The notes: generated by a model not told the origin, from the sequence alone. A DNA stretch of 64,000 nucleotides from Planctomycetota bacterium (GCA_027622275.1 JAQBZB010000010.1:2598-66597); one strand, 5' to 3'; positions 1-10,212 are shown, numbered from the stretch's first letter. Numbers and translations: made by a program.

Positions 1-1056
1 CTGAACAAGCCCGATGAAGCCAGCCGCGCGATCAGCCAGTTGCTGTTGGGGGTGCGGATCGAGTGTGCTCAATGTCACCATCATCCCTCGGAGCGTTGGA
101 GCCAGACGGACTACGTCGGACTGGCCGGCTTCTTTACCGGGGTGAAGCTCAAGAAGCTTCCCAACGGCAACGAGGCCGTTGTCTCGCTTGGCGGCACGGA
201 TCTGCCGCATCCTCGCAGCGGTGAAACGATCGCCGCGCGACCACTCGGCGGCGAGCCCGCTGACTTTACTTCGATCAGCGATCGACGGATCGCCTTGGCG
301 GCTTGGATGACGTCCGATTCGAATCCTTTCTTCGCCAAAGCCATCGCGAATCGGCTGTGGGCCCATTACTTCGGGCGCGGGCTCGTTGAACCGATCGATG
401 ATATGCGGGATACGAATCCGGCGTCGAACGAACCGCTCCTCGACGCCTTGGCCGGGCACTTGCACGAGGTCAAGTACGACCTGAAGGCGTTCACGCGGAC
501 ACTGCTGCAGTCACGCGTTTACCAACTCAGCTCGCAGTCGAACGCCTCGAACGAGAGCGACCTTCAGAACTTCTCCCACGCCGCCTACAAAACGCTGCCC
601 GCCGAAGTTTTGCTCGATGCGATCAGCCAATGCACCGAGATCCCCGAGAAGTTCAACGGCTGGCCGGATGGTTATCGTGCGATTCAGGTCTGGGACAACC
701 GGATGCCGTCGTATTTCTTTCGCATCTTTGGCCGACCGGTGCGGGCCAGCGTTTGCGAGTGCGAGCGAAGCGGTGAGCCAAGCATTGCCCAATCGCTGCA
801 TTTGTTGAATTCGCCCGAAATCATGGTCAAGGTGCAGGATCGGCACGGAAAAGCTCGCAAATTAGCCAGTTCCGATTTGACGGCCGATGCGATTATCGAC
901 GAACTATATCTAAGCATGTTATCGCGGCTGCCGAGTAGCGAAGAGCGGTCGCTGATGCGGCAACCGTTTGGCGACCCCGATTCTGATCGCCGCGCGGCAG
1001 TCGAAGATATACAATGGGCGTTGCTCAACTCGAAGGATTTCATGTTCAATCATTAG
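1..1056 (+). CDS. DUF1553/PSD1-type planctomycete protein, C-terminal part (5' end lies outside the window)
   Basis: Frame 1 is open from base 1. Motifs IECAQCHHHP and the C-terminal WALLNSKDFMFNH are typical of DUF1549/DUF1553 proteins. It is followed by its usual partner, a DUF1501 gene. Confidence 0.85.
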   Translation: MNKPDEASRAISQLLLGVRIECAQCHHHPSERWSQTDYVGLAGFFTGVKLKKLPNGNEAVVSLGGTDLPHPRSGETIAARPLGGEPADFTSISDRRIALAAWMTSDSNPFFAKAIANRLWAHYFGRGLVEPIDDMRDTNPASNEPLLDALAGHLHEVKYDLKAFTRTLLQSRVYQLSSQSNASNESDLQNFSHAAYKTLPAEVLLDAISQCTEIPEKFNGWPDGYRAIQVWDNRMPSYFFRIFGRPVRASVCECERSGEPSIAQSLHLLNSPEIMVKVQDRHGKARKLASSDLTADAIIDELYLSMLSRLPSSEERSLMRQPFGDPDSDRRAAVEDIQWALLNSKDFMFNH

Positions 1057-1064
1057 GCGCTGAC

Positions 1065-1125
1065 GTACGATGGCCTTCCAAGGCCGTCGGCTCTGGTGTT
1101 CGATGGCCCTGGAAGGCCATCGTAC
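1065..1125. repeat. Family-A extragenic palindrome (copy 1, 2 arm mismatches)
   Basis: GTACGATGGCCTTCCAAGGCCGTCG ... CGATGGCCCTGGAAGGCCATCGTAC. It matches the 59-bp elements at 28565 and 55140, and ends 27 nt before the ATG at 1153. Confidence 0.9.
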
Positions 1126-1152
1126 AAAGGAACAAACGCAAAGGCACGAACG

Positions 1153-2493
1153 ATGTGGAAGATCAATGTTGGTTCACGGCAGGAGAACTTCTGTGACGGA
1201 ATCTCTCGTCGTCACGCGCTACGGCTCGGTGCGACCGGCTTGTTCGGCAGCTTGACGCTGCCGCGGCTGCTGGAATTGGAAGCCAAAGCCGCGACGCCCG
1301 GTGGAGCGAAGGCCAAATCTTGCATATTTCTCTTTTTAGAAGGCGGCCCTCCACATCAAGATATGTGGGACCCCAAGCCGGACGCACCGGAAGAGATTCG
1401 TGGCCCCTTCCGGCCCATCAACACGAACGTCCCCGGCACCGTTGTCACCGATCAACTGCCGCTGTGTGCCCAGATCGCCGACAAGTACACGATCCTCCGC
1501 AGCCACAGTCATCGCGATAACGGACATTCGACGGGTTATCACTATGTCATGACGGGACGTCGCGCCAACTTCGCCGACGGCGACAATCCAGTTCCGAACA
1601 ACGATTACTTTCCGTCCGTCGGTTCGATCGTCGCGCGAGAACTGGGCGCAAGAAGTACCGTTCCGCCGTACATCAACTTGCCGCATCCAATGGCTGGTGG
1701 CGGACCGGGCTTCTACGGAGCCGAGTACGCTCCGTTTGTCATCGAGTCGGACCCGACTCAGCCGGACTTCGAGGTGAAAGATCTTCAGCCCATTACCGGA
1801 TTGTCGCCAAGCCGGATCGCGAGGCGGCGCAAGTTGTTGGACGGCATCGACGCGTTGGAGCGCGGCGTTCAGGGACGCGCGAAGACGATGTCGACCTACT
1901 ACGAGAAAGCACAAAGCCTGATCACGTCGCCCGACGCGAAGAAGGCGTTCGACATTCATGCCGAACCGGAAGCCGTGCGGGAACGGTATGGCTACACCCA
2001 GATTGGCCAGTGCGCGCTGCTCGCCAGACGCCTGGTCGAAGGTGGTTGCCGGTTCGTCGGAGTGGATGCGCCGGGCTGGGATGTCCATTTCAATTGCTTC
2101 CCCAGTTTGCAGACCGATCTGATTCCGTACGCCGACCGTGCCTTCAGTGCCTTGGTCACCGACCTTGAAGAGCGCGGCCTGCTCGACGAGACACTCGTTG
2201 TCATGATGGGCGAGATGGGACGCACGCCGCGCGTCAACGCGCAAGCTGGCCGCGATCATTGGTCGATGGCCCAGGCGGTCATCTTTGCCGGAGGTGGCAC
2301 GAAACCGGGACAAGTGATCGGCGCGACCGACGCACAAGCCGCGGCTCCGACGACGGAGCCGATCGGCGTCAACGACGTTCTGCGAACCATCCACACACTG
2401 TTGGGAATCAACCCCGACCGGCAGTATTACGGTCCCCTCGGCCGTCCCGTCCCGCTGGTGGACGGCGGCAAGACGATTCGTGAATTGGTTTGA
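1153..2493 (+). CDS. DUF1501 (sulfatase-fold) protein with twin-arginine signal
   Basis: MWKINVGSRQENFCDGISRRHALRLGATG is Tat-like. FLEGGPPHQDMWDPKP and GEMGRTPRVN...GRDHW are DUF1501 hallmarks. The ORF track starts at 1096, inside the palindrome; ATG 1153 is preferred. Confidence 0.9.
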   Translation: MWKINVGSRQENFCDGISRRHALRLGATGLFGSLTLPRLLELEAKAATPGGAKAKSCIFLFLEGGPPHQDMWDPKPDAPEEIRGPFRPINTNVPGTVVTDQLPLCAQIADKYTILRSHSHRDNGHSTGYHYVMTGRRANFADGDNPVPNNDYFPSVGSIVARELGARSTVPPYINLPHPMAGGGPGFYGAEYAPFVIESDPTQPDFEVKDLQPITGLSPSRIARRRKLLDGIDALERGVQGRAKTMSTYYEKAQSLITSPDAKKAFDIHAEPEAVRERYGYTQIGQCALLARRLVEGGCRFVGVDAPGWDVHFNCFPSLQTDLIPYADRAFSALVTDLEERGLLDETLVVMMGEMGRTPRVNAQAGRDHWSMAQAVIFAGGGTKPGQVIGATDAQAAAPTTEPIGVNDVLRTIHTLLGINPDRQYYGPLGRPVPLVDGGKTIRELV

Positions 2494-2514
2494 TTCCAGC
2501 TCGGAGTTCGCCGC

Positions 2515-4896
2515 ATGACGCTTCGCTCAGGCGTGAAGAGATCGCTCGCAACTCGTCTCGTTGGAACCATCGCACTTGGCCTTCTGTTTGGCGCATCGGC
2601 ACCCGCGCAGCAGCAAGCGCCTGCGATCGGTTACATGTACCCGTCGGGTGGGCAAGCCGGAACCACAGTCGATGTCGTGCTGGGAGGATACGACTGGACG
2701 CCGGACATCGAGTTGTTTGTCCATGATCCTCGGATCGGCCTTGAATTCACTGGATCGCCGGGCCCGGTCATCGTTCCCGAGCCGCCCTACTGGTTCGAGA
2801 AGAAAGCACGCCGCGGCCCATTCCCCTTGCCTCGCGAGACACCGGCCAAGCTGACGATCCCCGCCGATGTGAAGCCGGGCGTTTATCGCTGGCAAGCCGC
2901 GAACGCGAATGGCGCGACTGCCACCGGCCGGTTGATGGTCTCGGCACACCGCGAGGTTCGGGAGCAAGCGGAGCGGACGGAGCCACAAATGTTAGACTCG
3001 CTCCCCGTTATCGTTTGCGGCCAGATCATCAAGATCGAGGAGGTCGATCGCTTTCGTTTCGTCGCGCCGCACGATGGTCCGATCACGTTGTCGCTCGAAG
3101 CGGCCGCAATCGGTTCGCCGCTGACGGCAGGTGTTGAAGTGCGAAACGCAAGTGGGCAACTCGTGGCGGAAGCGACCGACACGGCGGGGGACGATCTTCG
3201 CGTCACCTTCGCCGCCAAACTTGACCAACCCTACGTCGTCAGCATTTTCGACATCGACTTTCGCGGCAACCGGTCGTTTGTCTACCGGATGGCTTTCACG
3301 CCGGGTCCGCAAGTCGTCGCGACGATCCCCGCCGCGGGAAGACGCGGTGAAACTCGCGACGTCGAATTCGTCGGCTACGGAGTTGCCACCGGCGGCGCGA
3401 AGCTTGAATCCCTAACTCGCTCGGTGACGTTTCCCGATGGACCGGCGGACTCGTTCGCCATGCGCCTCGAAACGCCGTTCGGAGTCAGTGAGCCTGTCGC
3501 GCTGTTGCTCAGTGATATCCCAGAAGTCGTCGAGGCGGCGCGTCGCGGTGACGAAGCCATTCCACTTTCGATTCCATCGGCGGTGACGGGCGTGCTCGAT
3601 CAACGCTATGGTGCTGATCGGTATGTTGTTGAGGGCAAGCAGGGCGAGACCTGGGCGATCGAGCTGCGGGCGGAAGCGGTCGGCTCGAAGCTGGATGTCG
3701 CGCTGAGCGTGCTTGATGGACAGGGCAAAGAGCTGAAGCGATCCGACGATCTGACGGGCACGACCGACGCGGGATTGGAGTTTGTCGTACCGGCCGATGG
3801 GAGCTACGAGTTCATCGTCAGCGATTCATCCTTGCAAAGCGGCAACCGTGCCGCGGTCTATCGGCTGGCCGTGCGTCCGGCGGAACTGGGCTTCACGTTG
3901 AGCGGCCCCGAGTTCGTCACGTTACCGCTTGGCGGCAAGGCTTCGTTGGCGATCACGGCAACTCGCGCCGCTGGATTCGCGGAGCCGATCCGCCTGCGGA
4001 TTGAAGGCTTGCCGGTGAGTGTGAGCATTCCGGATGAAACAGTCATCGCCGCCGGGCAGAGCGATGTGAAGATCGAACTTTCCACCGCGGCCGAGGCCGG
4101 AACGGTGGCCGCCAAGCTGCAAGTGGCGGGGCAAGCCCGGATCGGCGAGCGGGATGTGGTGAAGCGACTGGAGCCGGTCTTGTTGGCCGTCACCATGAAT
4201 CCGCCGTTCTCCGTCGATGCGGAAGGCAAGGACGACGTGACCAAGTGGCCGCGCGGCACGACGTTTCCCGGTCCCGTCTTGATTCAGCGGGACGAGGGAT
4301 TCGCCGGCAACATCGTGCTGGAGATGGCTGCCCGGCAGGGGCGTCATCGGCAGGGAATCCGTGGCCCCGAATTGACCGTCCCGCCCGATGTCGATCGCAT
4401 CTTGTACCCGGTCTTTCTCCCCGAGTGGCTCGAGACGACACGCACATCGCGAATGGTCGTCAACGGCGTCGCTCAGGTCGCGGATCCGAAAGGGCGAGTC
4501 CGCTACTTGTCGAGCAAGCTGAAAACCCGCATCGGCTTTCTGCCCACCGGCGCGTTGCTCAAGATCGATTGCGAGGTGCCGGAGATCGAAGCTGCGTCGA
4601 ATCAACCCTTCGACATCCCGTTGACGATCAATCGCGCCAAGAACCTCTTCGAACCGGCACATATCGAACTTGTCGACGACCGCGAGAGCCAGGGACTTCA
4701 CGCTGCCGAGGGACTGACAGTTGCGGGAAGCCAATCGCACGCAGTGCTCTCCGTGACGCCGCTGTTGGCAACCGGCTTCGTTGGCGAGAGGAAGATCACG
4801 ATTCGCGCGACGGTGCTGCAAAACGAACAGTATCCCGTCGTTTCCGAGACGCAAGTGCTGGTGGTGTTCGGCGGCGTGACCGTCGCCGGTCGCTGA
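2515..4896 (+). CDS. Secreted protein with repeated pre-peptidase-C-terminal (PPC)-like beta domains
   Basis: 793-aa ORF with N-terminal signal-like LVGTIALGLLFGASAPAQQ. Repeated segments are of the form ...G(Q/E).....DRF/Y.F/V......L.....(DSSLQSGNRAAVYRL / DFRGNRSFVYRM). Third gene of the DUF1553/DUF1501 cluster. Confidence 0.6.
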   Translation: MTLRSGVKRSLATRLVGTIALGLLFGASAPAQQQAPAIGYMYPSGGQAGTTVDVVLGGYDWTPDIELFVHDPRIGLEFTGSPGPVIVPEPPYWFEKKARRGPFPLPRETPAKLTIPADVKPGVYRWQAANANGATATGRLMVSAHREVREQAERTEPQMLDSLPVIVCGQIIKIEEVDRFRFVAPHDGPITLSLEAAAIGSPLTAGVEVRNASGQLVAEATDTAGDDLRVTFAAKLDQPYVVSIFDIDFRGNRSFVYRMAFTPGPQVVATIPAAGRRGETRDVEFVGYGVATGGAKLESLTRSVTFPDGPADSFAMRLETPFGVSEPVALLLSDIPEVVEAARRGDEAIPLSIPSAVTGVLDQRYGADRYVVEGKQGETWAIELRAEAVGSKLDVALSVLDGQGKELKRSDDLTGTTDAGLEFVVPADGSYEFIVSDSSLQSGNRAAVYRLAVRPAELGFTLSGPEFVTLPLGGKASLAITATRAAGFAEPIRLRIEGLPVSVSIPDETVIAAGQSDVKIELSTAAEAGTVAAKLQVAGQARIGERDVVKRLEPVLLAVTMNPPFSVDAEGKDDVTKWPRGTTFPGPVLIQRDEGFAGNIVLEMAARQGRHRQGIRGPELTVPPDVDRILYPVFLPEWLETTRTSRMVVNGVAQVADPKGRVRYLSSKLKTRIGFLPTGALLKIDCEVPEIEAASNQPFDIPLTINRAKNLFEPAHIELVDDRESQGLHAAEGLTVAGSQSHAVLSVTPLLATGFVGERKITIRATVLQNEQYPVVSETQVLVVFGGVTVAGR

Positions 4897-5044
4897 GCCT
4901 CCGGTGACGCCGTCGTCCGTCCGGTGTTTCAAGCGGTTTTCTGGTCGGACGAGGGCGTCCAACCTACAAACGGTATCATTTCTAACATGACAGAATTGAT
5001 CCACCCGGTTGTCCGAGTTGTTACAATGAGATCGTACCTACTTC

Positions 5045-5632
5045 ATGCCGCGAATTGAGGCCCAGGTGAGAATGAGTACCGTTCTGAAACTGACGACTGC
5101 CGAATACGACGAGATGGTCGCCAAAGGCGCGTTCGATGGACTACAGAAGCGGATTGAATTGATCAACGGAGTCATCGTCGAAATGAATCCCGCAGGACCG
5201 GTGCATGATGATCTTATCGAATTCCTGAACCAATGGTCGGTAAGGAATACAGATCCCGAGGAAGTTCGCGTTCGTATCCAGAGCGGGTTGAGCCTGCCTG
5301 AACTTGACAGCCGCCCGGAGCCGGATGTGCTGTGGGTCAAGGGACGTCGCTATCGCGACCGGCACCCTGTCGGTGGCGATGTTCTTCTGCTGATCGAAGT
5401 TGCCGACAGCAGCTTGAAGTCGGATCGTGACACGAAGGCGGCGTTGTACGCCAAAGCCGGTATCATCGAATACTGGATTGCGAACGTCGCCGACGAAGTG
5501 ATCCACGTCTACCGGGAACCGGCGGAATACGGATACAAGATGCAGTTCACGGTGGGCAGCGACAACGACCTGACCCCGTTGGCTCAGCCGGCTGCCGTCC
5601 TGAGACCCGCCGAGTTGTTCGCCGACGAATGA
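5045..5632 (+). CDS. Uma2-family (DUF820) putative endonuclease
   Basis: TTAEYDEMVAKGAF...RIELINGVIVEMNPAGPVH...PDVLWV...LLLIEVADSSLKSDRDTKAALYAKAGIIEYWI is the canonical Uma2 pattern. The start may instead be the internal ATG at 5072. Confidence 0.85.
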   Translation: MPRIEAQVRMSTVLKLTTAEYDEMVAKGAFDGLQKRIELINGVIVEMNPAGPVHDDLIEFLNQWSVRNTDPEEVRVRIQSGLSLPELDSRPEPDVLWVKGRRYRDRHPVGGDVLLLIEVADSSLKSDRDTKAALYAKAGIIEYWIANVADEVIHVYREPAEYGYKMQFTVGSDNDLTPLAQPAAVLRPAELFADE

Positions 5633-5800
5633 CAATCACTCCGGTCGTGCCGCCGCTGTCTAAGAACGTGTTTTGGAATTCGGTAGCGGCACGTCGCGAG
5701 CCGTCCGGTAGGAGTGCAAACGCTTGAAAACCCGAGACCGGTGGGCTTGCGCCCAGCCGCTACATCGGTCCAATGGCCCTTTGCAAAACACCTTCTAACG

Positions 5801-7639
5801 TCAGTTGACAACCTGGCGGTACGAATTCGGCACGATGTAATAGGTGGGGGCGGCTTGAAACCCTGGCGGCGCGTTGCGCTCGAAGTAGAGCGCGTTGTAT
5901 TTCAAGGTCACGGTCGCGTTTTTCGAGTTGATGTCTTCGTGGCCGACCAGCACTCCGGTGATGGAGGGGCTGTTTTGAATCTCAATCTTCTTCTCGGTAT
6001 AGATCACACCGCGGATCTCCGAAGGGTACGTGTCACTCTTGTCGCTGTCCTGCGACTCGTTGTACGGGATGCCGTTCGGATTGAAGTTGGCATTCACCAG
6101 GCTTTCGTTCAACGCCGTGTTTGTGAAAAACAGATTAAGCTGCTTGTTGCTGATCAAAGCGGGCAGGTTCGTGACCGCCGGGTCGGCGCTCGCGACGGCC
6201 GGCGCCCAGTGAATCGACCCTGCGATCTCCGAGCCGCCCTCGTTCTGGTTCAGCAGGACGAGCGTGCCCACGATCCGTGAGTTCTTGATGCTGATCTTTT
6301 GGCCGCCGCAATCGATGACGTAGATCCCCTTGGAATTCGTCATCATGGAACCGAAGGGGTTGCGGGCCGGGCTGAGCACCTGGCGGTGGAGCACTTTCAC
6401 GTCGCTGGGCGCGCCTTCCTCCTGCATGATCACGTCATCGACGTACGGACGTTCATCGTAGTCATCGCAAAAGATGTATAATTCAGCCTGAGTCAACGTC
6501 CCGGTCCAAGTGACGGTTTGCGTTCCAGAGATTTTCTTCCAACTGGTGCCCGCAGTGCCCGTCTCCGTCATATCGAAATACTGTGTGCCACTGCCGGACG
6601 AGACAACCTTGAGCTTGACGGTAAAGTCATCGGTGTTGTTCTCGCTTGTGCGAACCTGGGCCTCCGTATAGTACGTGACGCCGCTCTGCAGCTTGGCGGT
6701 GACGTCCTGAGCCAGGTAATCGCCAGTGCTATTGCGGTTGTAGCAATAGAACGATCGTAAGCCGGTTTTCTTAATCACGGTGCTGATCGAAGCGGAGCAA
6801 CTGACGGCGTACCACGGTGAGATACTGGTCGCGCTGGATTCCGCTCCGGGATTGGCGATCAGATTGGCATTCCAAGCTGGCAGGTCGTTGTAGTTGATCG
6901 TGGTGCCGTTAAAGGTGTAGTAACCATAGACGGTACTCACGTTGGGCATTTGCCGCGGCCAGTTTCCGCTGGTGGTCGTGGTTCCGTGCCAGACCCCGCC
7001 ACTGCTGGTCTTGATCTGGTTGCCCGCTTCCGCATCGGTGTAAGCCTGCGCGTTGTTCTTCACCTTTGCGTCCTTGTTGGCGCTGACCATGCGGTTGCTC
7101 GTCACCGTACCGCCGTCGAACGTGAGGCTGCCCTCCGCTTGAACCATCGGTTCCAGGCAACGGATGCCCGGTTGCAGGGCGCGGATCTCCATTTGCAGTT
7201 TCTGTGTGAAGTTGCCGCTCTTGCCCACACCCACGATCACCACCGGATCCACCGCCGAATCATTTAGATCGCCGTCGAGGGGATCGGTGGCGGTGAAGCT
7301 GTAGAATCCATCGCCGATCACCTGGTCCGTCGCCCACGTTCCAACCGCCATCTTAGACCGCCAACTGGCATCGTTCTGGACCCGGTACCAGGCCATATCG
7401 ACCGCGACCTTGGCATAGGACTGAGCATTCCGCATGTCGTTGCCGCTGTCGACTTGCCGGCGCTGCACACGAACTAGCGTCAACCCCGCCACGGCCAGCA
7501 CCGCGACGATCATCGTCGTGACCAGCGTCAAGATATAGATAGAACCACGCCGTTGGACGGCACTGGCAGAGCCAGTGGCACACAATCGGCTGCGGTTGCA
7601 ATGATTGACTGGGATTCTCATGCGGTTATCTTGTTTCAC
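5801..7639 (-). CDS. GspK-like minor pseudopilin with large C-terminal extension containing a CBM4/9-like (CenC-type) module
   Basis: N-terminus QRRGSIYILTLVTTMIVAVLAVAG is pseudopilin-like and lacks Glu+5, as in GspK. The middle region NPGAESSATSISPWY...GLRSFYCYNRNSTGDYLAQDV...SWKKISGT...AELYIF resembles carbohydrate-binding modules. The GTG start overlaps the upstream stop (GTGA). Confidence 0.6.
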   Translation of the reverse strand: MKQDNRMRIPVNHCNRSRLCATGSASAVQRRGSIYILTLVTTMIVAVLAVAGLTLVRVQRRQVDSGNDMRNAQSYAKVAVDMAWYRVQNDASWRSKMAVGTWATDQVIGDGFYSFTATDPLDGDLNDSAVDPVVIVGVGKSGNFTQKLQMEIRALQPGIRCLEPMVQAEGSLTFDGGTVTSNRMVSANKDAKVKNNAQAYTDAEAGNQIKTSSGGVWHGTTTTSGNWPRQMPNVSTVYGYYTFNGTTINYNDLPAWNANLIANPGAESSATSISPWYAVSCSASISTVIKKTGLRSFYCYNRNSTGDYLAQDVTAKLQSGVTYYTEAQVRTSENNTDDFTVKLKVVSSGSGTQYFDMTETGTAGTSWKKISGTQTVTWTGTLTQAELYIFCDDYDERPYVDDVIMQEEGAPSDVKVLHRQVLSPARNPFGSMMTNSKGIYVIDCGGQKISIKNSRIVGTLVLLNQNEGGSEIAGSIHWAPAVASADPAVTNLPALISNKQLNLFFTNTALNESLVNANFNPNGIPYNESQDSDKSDTYPSEIRGVIYTEKKIEIQNSPSITGVLVGHEDINSKNATVTLKYNALYFERNAPPGFQAAPTYYIVPNSYRQVVN

Positions 7640-8157
7640 TTGACGACGACTGCGGTCACCTGCGCCAAATTCGAGCCGTTGCCTGTGACAGTCACGGTGA
7701 TGCGCTTGACGCCCTTGTCCGTGACCGCGGTTTGCGAGAAGTTGTCCGGTTCCGCGAAGTTCACGGTGACGGAGCGCGTCAATTGGGAGCCGCCTGCGAG
7801 TGCGGTGCCTTGCTTGTCGACCGGCGGAGCATCCGACAGGTTGTGATAGTCGTCCACGTCATCGAACGTCGCCCGCGTCTCGCCGCTCTCGGGCCCAAAC
7901 ACCGGCGTCCCGTCGGGATTCAGATACGGCAACTCGACGATCTCGGCGAGCATGGCGTTGGCGATCATCTTGGCCCGCGCCCGGTCCTTGTTCGCCAACT
8001 GGCTGCGCGTGGCATAGCCGGCGGTATTCATCGACGTCACCAACAGGAGCCCGATGATCAGCGTCGACATGCTGACTTCCACCAGCGTATATCCGGCCCT
8101 TGGTAACGCGGCCGAGCCGCGTATCGCAATCCGACGCGGACGTTTTGACGATGCCAA
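7636..8157 (-). CDS. Prepilin-type N-terminal cleavage/methylation domain protein (pseudopilin)
   Basis: LPRAG|YTLVEVSMSTLIIGLLLV matches the G|(F/Y)TLxE motif. The ORF-track start at 8601 runs through hairpin repeats; TTG at 8157 is the nearest plausible start, so the start is uncertain. Confidence 0.7.
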   Translation of the reverse strand: MASSKRPRRIAIRGSAALPRAGYTLVEVSMSTLIIGLLLVTSMNTAGYATRSQLANKDRARAKMIANAMLAEIVELPYLNPDGTPVFGPESGETRATFDDVDDYHNLSDAPPVDKQGTALAGGSQLTRSVTVNFAEPDNFSQTAVTDKGVKRITVTVTGNGSNLAQVTAVVVK

Positions 8158-8181
8158 CTCACTGTCCCGAAGGGATGGTGG

Positions 8182-8570
8182 GTAGTAGCCCTGGGCTTCA
8201 GCCCAGGGGTTTGCAGGATGAACGGCACTGAGCCCCGAAGGTGGCGACACAATGAGTTCGCTTTCCCTGGTGTCGCCGCCTTCGGGGCTTCGGAGTACTT
8301 CGTGACACGCTTCCCCGGCCTGAAGGCCGGGGCTACTAGCCCCCGTCGCTTCGCGACTTTGTAAACTGCCTGACGCTGCGGTGTTGCCGGTGCGGCAAGG
8401 TCGCGCTCGGCGAGCGAGACCTACTTTCGAAACAAAGCCTAGTTGGACAGCGCCACTTTCGCACGAACGGCAACAAATACAAGCTCGAAGCGCAAGCGAG
8501 TGTGTTTGCTGTAAGACACCCACTCGCTTGCGCTTCGAGCTTGTATTCCCGGAAAAGTGGCGCTGTCCAA
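8182..8570. repeat. Hairpin-rich intercistronic repeat block (nested palindromes)
   Basis: CCCTGGGCTTCAGCCCAGGG (8189-8208). AGCCCCGAAGGTGGCGACAC / GTGTCGCCGCCTTCGGGGCT (8231-8250 / 8270-8289). CCCCGGCCTGAAGGCCGGGG (8313-8332). A degenerate family-B copy lies at 8398-8424. A long hairpin has perfect 27-bp (8475-8501 / 8521-8547) and 17-bp (8443-8459 / 8554-8570) arms. Confidence 0.9.
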
Positions 8571-8593
8571 TTAGTTTCATCAAAGTCACTCCG

Positions 8594-9733
8594 TCACGCA
8601 CGAGGCCGGCTGAATACTTCCGTACGCGTCTGCACGGCGGAGGACGTATCGTTGCCGGTCTGCAGCTTGATCCCGACGCTGGTCACGACATATTTGCGGG
8701 CCGCCCAGTCCAAGGCGCGTTGCAGCAAAGTCAGACCGTTGCTGTGCAAAGCGGAAAACGTAAAGTCGTTGCCCATCGACAACGTGATCCGCGGGCCGGC
8801 AGCGGCCGTGCCGTCTTGGAGGGCTCCGCCCGTTCCAATCACCGTCAGACTCGGAGTCGTGCCGCTGGAATCCTGCGTAAGAACTTGCAAGTCCGGTGCC
8901 AATGTCCCGCTCATCGTGACGATGGGTTGCGCTGACGTTGCCATCTGGACCGCACCTATCGCAAAGGCAGACGTTACATAATGAGTGTTGTCCGCGATCC
9001 TGATTTGCGTGCCCGTATACGCTCCGCCGCCAGCCGATGACAATTTCAAGTCATCGTGCAACGCTGCTTCCTCATTGACGATGCCCGCCGTGGCGTCGTT
9101 GAGCTTTGTGTTGAGATCGCTGGAGAGAATGTTCTCGGAGATGTAGATCGCATCCACGAGAGCCGCCATCGTATCCAGCTCGTTGTTGTCGCGTTTTGGC
9201 GAGACGGGCGTCACCGTATAACCCCAGCCTTCCATCGCCGATTTTTTGCCCGTGTCGTCCGTGTCCAAGTTGTATTCGTCCGGCACCACCATCAGCACGC
9301 GGCCCGAGATCGGATTCACCTGGGTCTTGTAATCCAGCGCAAAGCCGTAAACATTCTCGACCACGGCGATGGCCGTGCCGCCGTTATAGGTGCGCATCAG
9401 CGAACCGCCCGCGATCCCGGACCAGGAATAGCGGATCGATTCCACGTCTCCGTCGCCGTCCCGATCGGGCACGGTGAAACTAACGACGGTCGCGGTCCGC
9501 TGTTTGAAGTAAACCGCATCGCGCAGCTCGGCCACAATGTCTTCGAGCACAAAACTGCCTTCGACGGCGAGGGCCGTATCCGCATTCGTGTCCGCGGAAC
9601 GGATGGCCAAGAAGATGGCCGACATCATCCCCGCCAGCAGCAGACTTGCCGACGCCACACTGACGATCAATTCCGCCAGAGTGAATCCGCGACGCCTTGT
9701 TCTTGCCGGTACTAGCACCCTGCAGCTGCTCAT
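8594..9733 (-). CDS. Large pseudopilin (GspJ-like), prepilin-type N-terminal domain
   Basis: RRRG|FTLAELIVSVASASLLLAGMM. ATGA overlap with the upstream gene at 9730-9733. Confidence 0.75.
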   Translation of the reverse strand: MSSCRVLVPARTRRRGFTLAELIVSVASASLLLAGMMSAIFLAIRSADTNADTALAVEGSFVLEDIVAELRDAVYFKQRTATVVSFTVPDRDGDGDVESIRYSWSGIAGGSLMRTYNGGTAIAVVENVYGFALDYKTQVNPISGRVLMVVPDEYNLDTDDTGKKSAMEGWGYTVTPVSPKRDNNELDTMAALVDAIYISENILSSDLNTKLNDATAGIVNEEAALHDDLKLSSAGGGAYTGTQIRIADNTHYVTSAFAIGAVQMATSAQPIVTMSGTLAPDLQVLTQDSSGTTPSLTVIGTGGALQDGTAAAGPRITLSMGNDFTFSALHSNGLTLLQRALDWAARKYVVTSVGIKLQTGNDTSSAVQTRTEVFSRPRA

Positions 9734-10212
9734 TGGATGGTCACCTTACCGGTCGTCGCTTCCACCGAAATGATCCGCCGGTACGAACCTGCCCGGACTT
9801 CGATCGTCCCTGCGTTGTCCGGCACACCGTAGCCGTCGAACGTCACATCATCGCCGCCGTTGAAGTTCACCACCGCCAGCGACGACGCATAGGGCGCGAC
9901 GGTCAAGTCGACCGTGTAGTTGGACCCGGCGTGCTTGAGATCGGGAACGCCTGGCAGGGTGTACGAATGGTTAACCGTGTCGAAATCAATCAACTGTGCC
10001 GCGCTGTTCGATTTCGCGACGCGGCGAGCCATCTCGATATCGATCTTGATGCGTTTCGCGGCAGCCTCGGCATGGTACAACTCCACCGAATCCAGCAGCT
10101 TCGGAACCGTGGCGGCTGACAGGATCCCAATGATCAGCACCACGATCACCAGCTCGGCGAGCGTAAACCCATCGGGTTGATGAAACCGCCCGTGACCTCT
10201 CGTTGGTTTCAT
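9730..10212 (-). CDS. GspG/PulG-like major pseudopilin
   Basis: MKPTRGHGRFHQPDG|FTLAELVIVVLIIGILSAATVPKLL. ATG at 10212 is preferred over the ORF-track start at 10494. Confidence 0.8.
   Translation of the reverse strand: MKPTRGHGRFHQPDGFTLAELVIVVLIIGILSAATVPKLLDSVELYHAEAAAKRIKIDIEMARRVAKSNSAAQLIDFDTVNHSYTLPGVPDLKHAGSNYTVDLTVAPYASSLAVVNFNGGDDVTFDGYGVPDNAGTIEVRAGSYRRIISVEATTGKVTIQ

Noticed and set aside
8158-8601. N-terminal 148 aa of ORF 7636..8601
   Set aside because: This part runs through the nested hairpin repeats and has non-protein-like composition. The prepilin leader motif begins only near 8094, so the gene was truncated to a TTG start at 8157.
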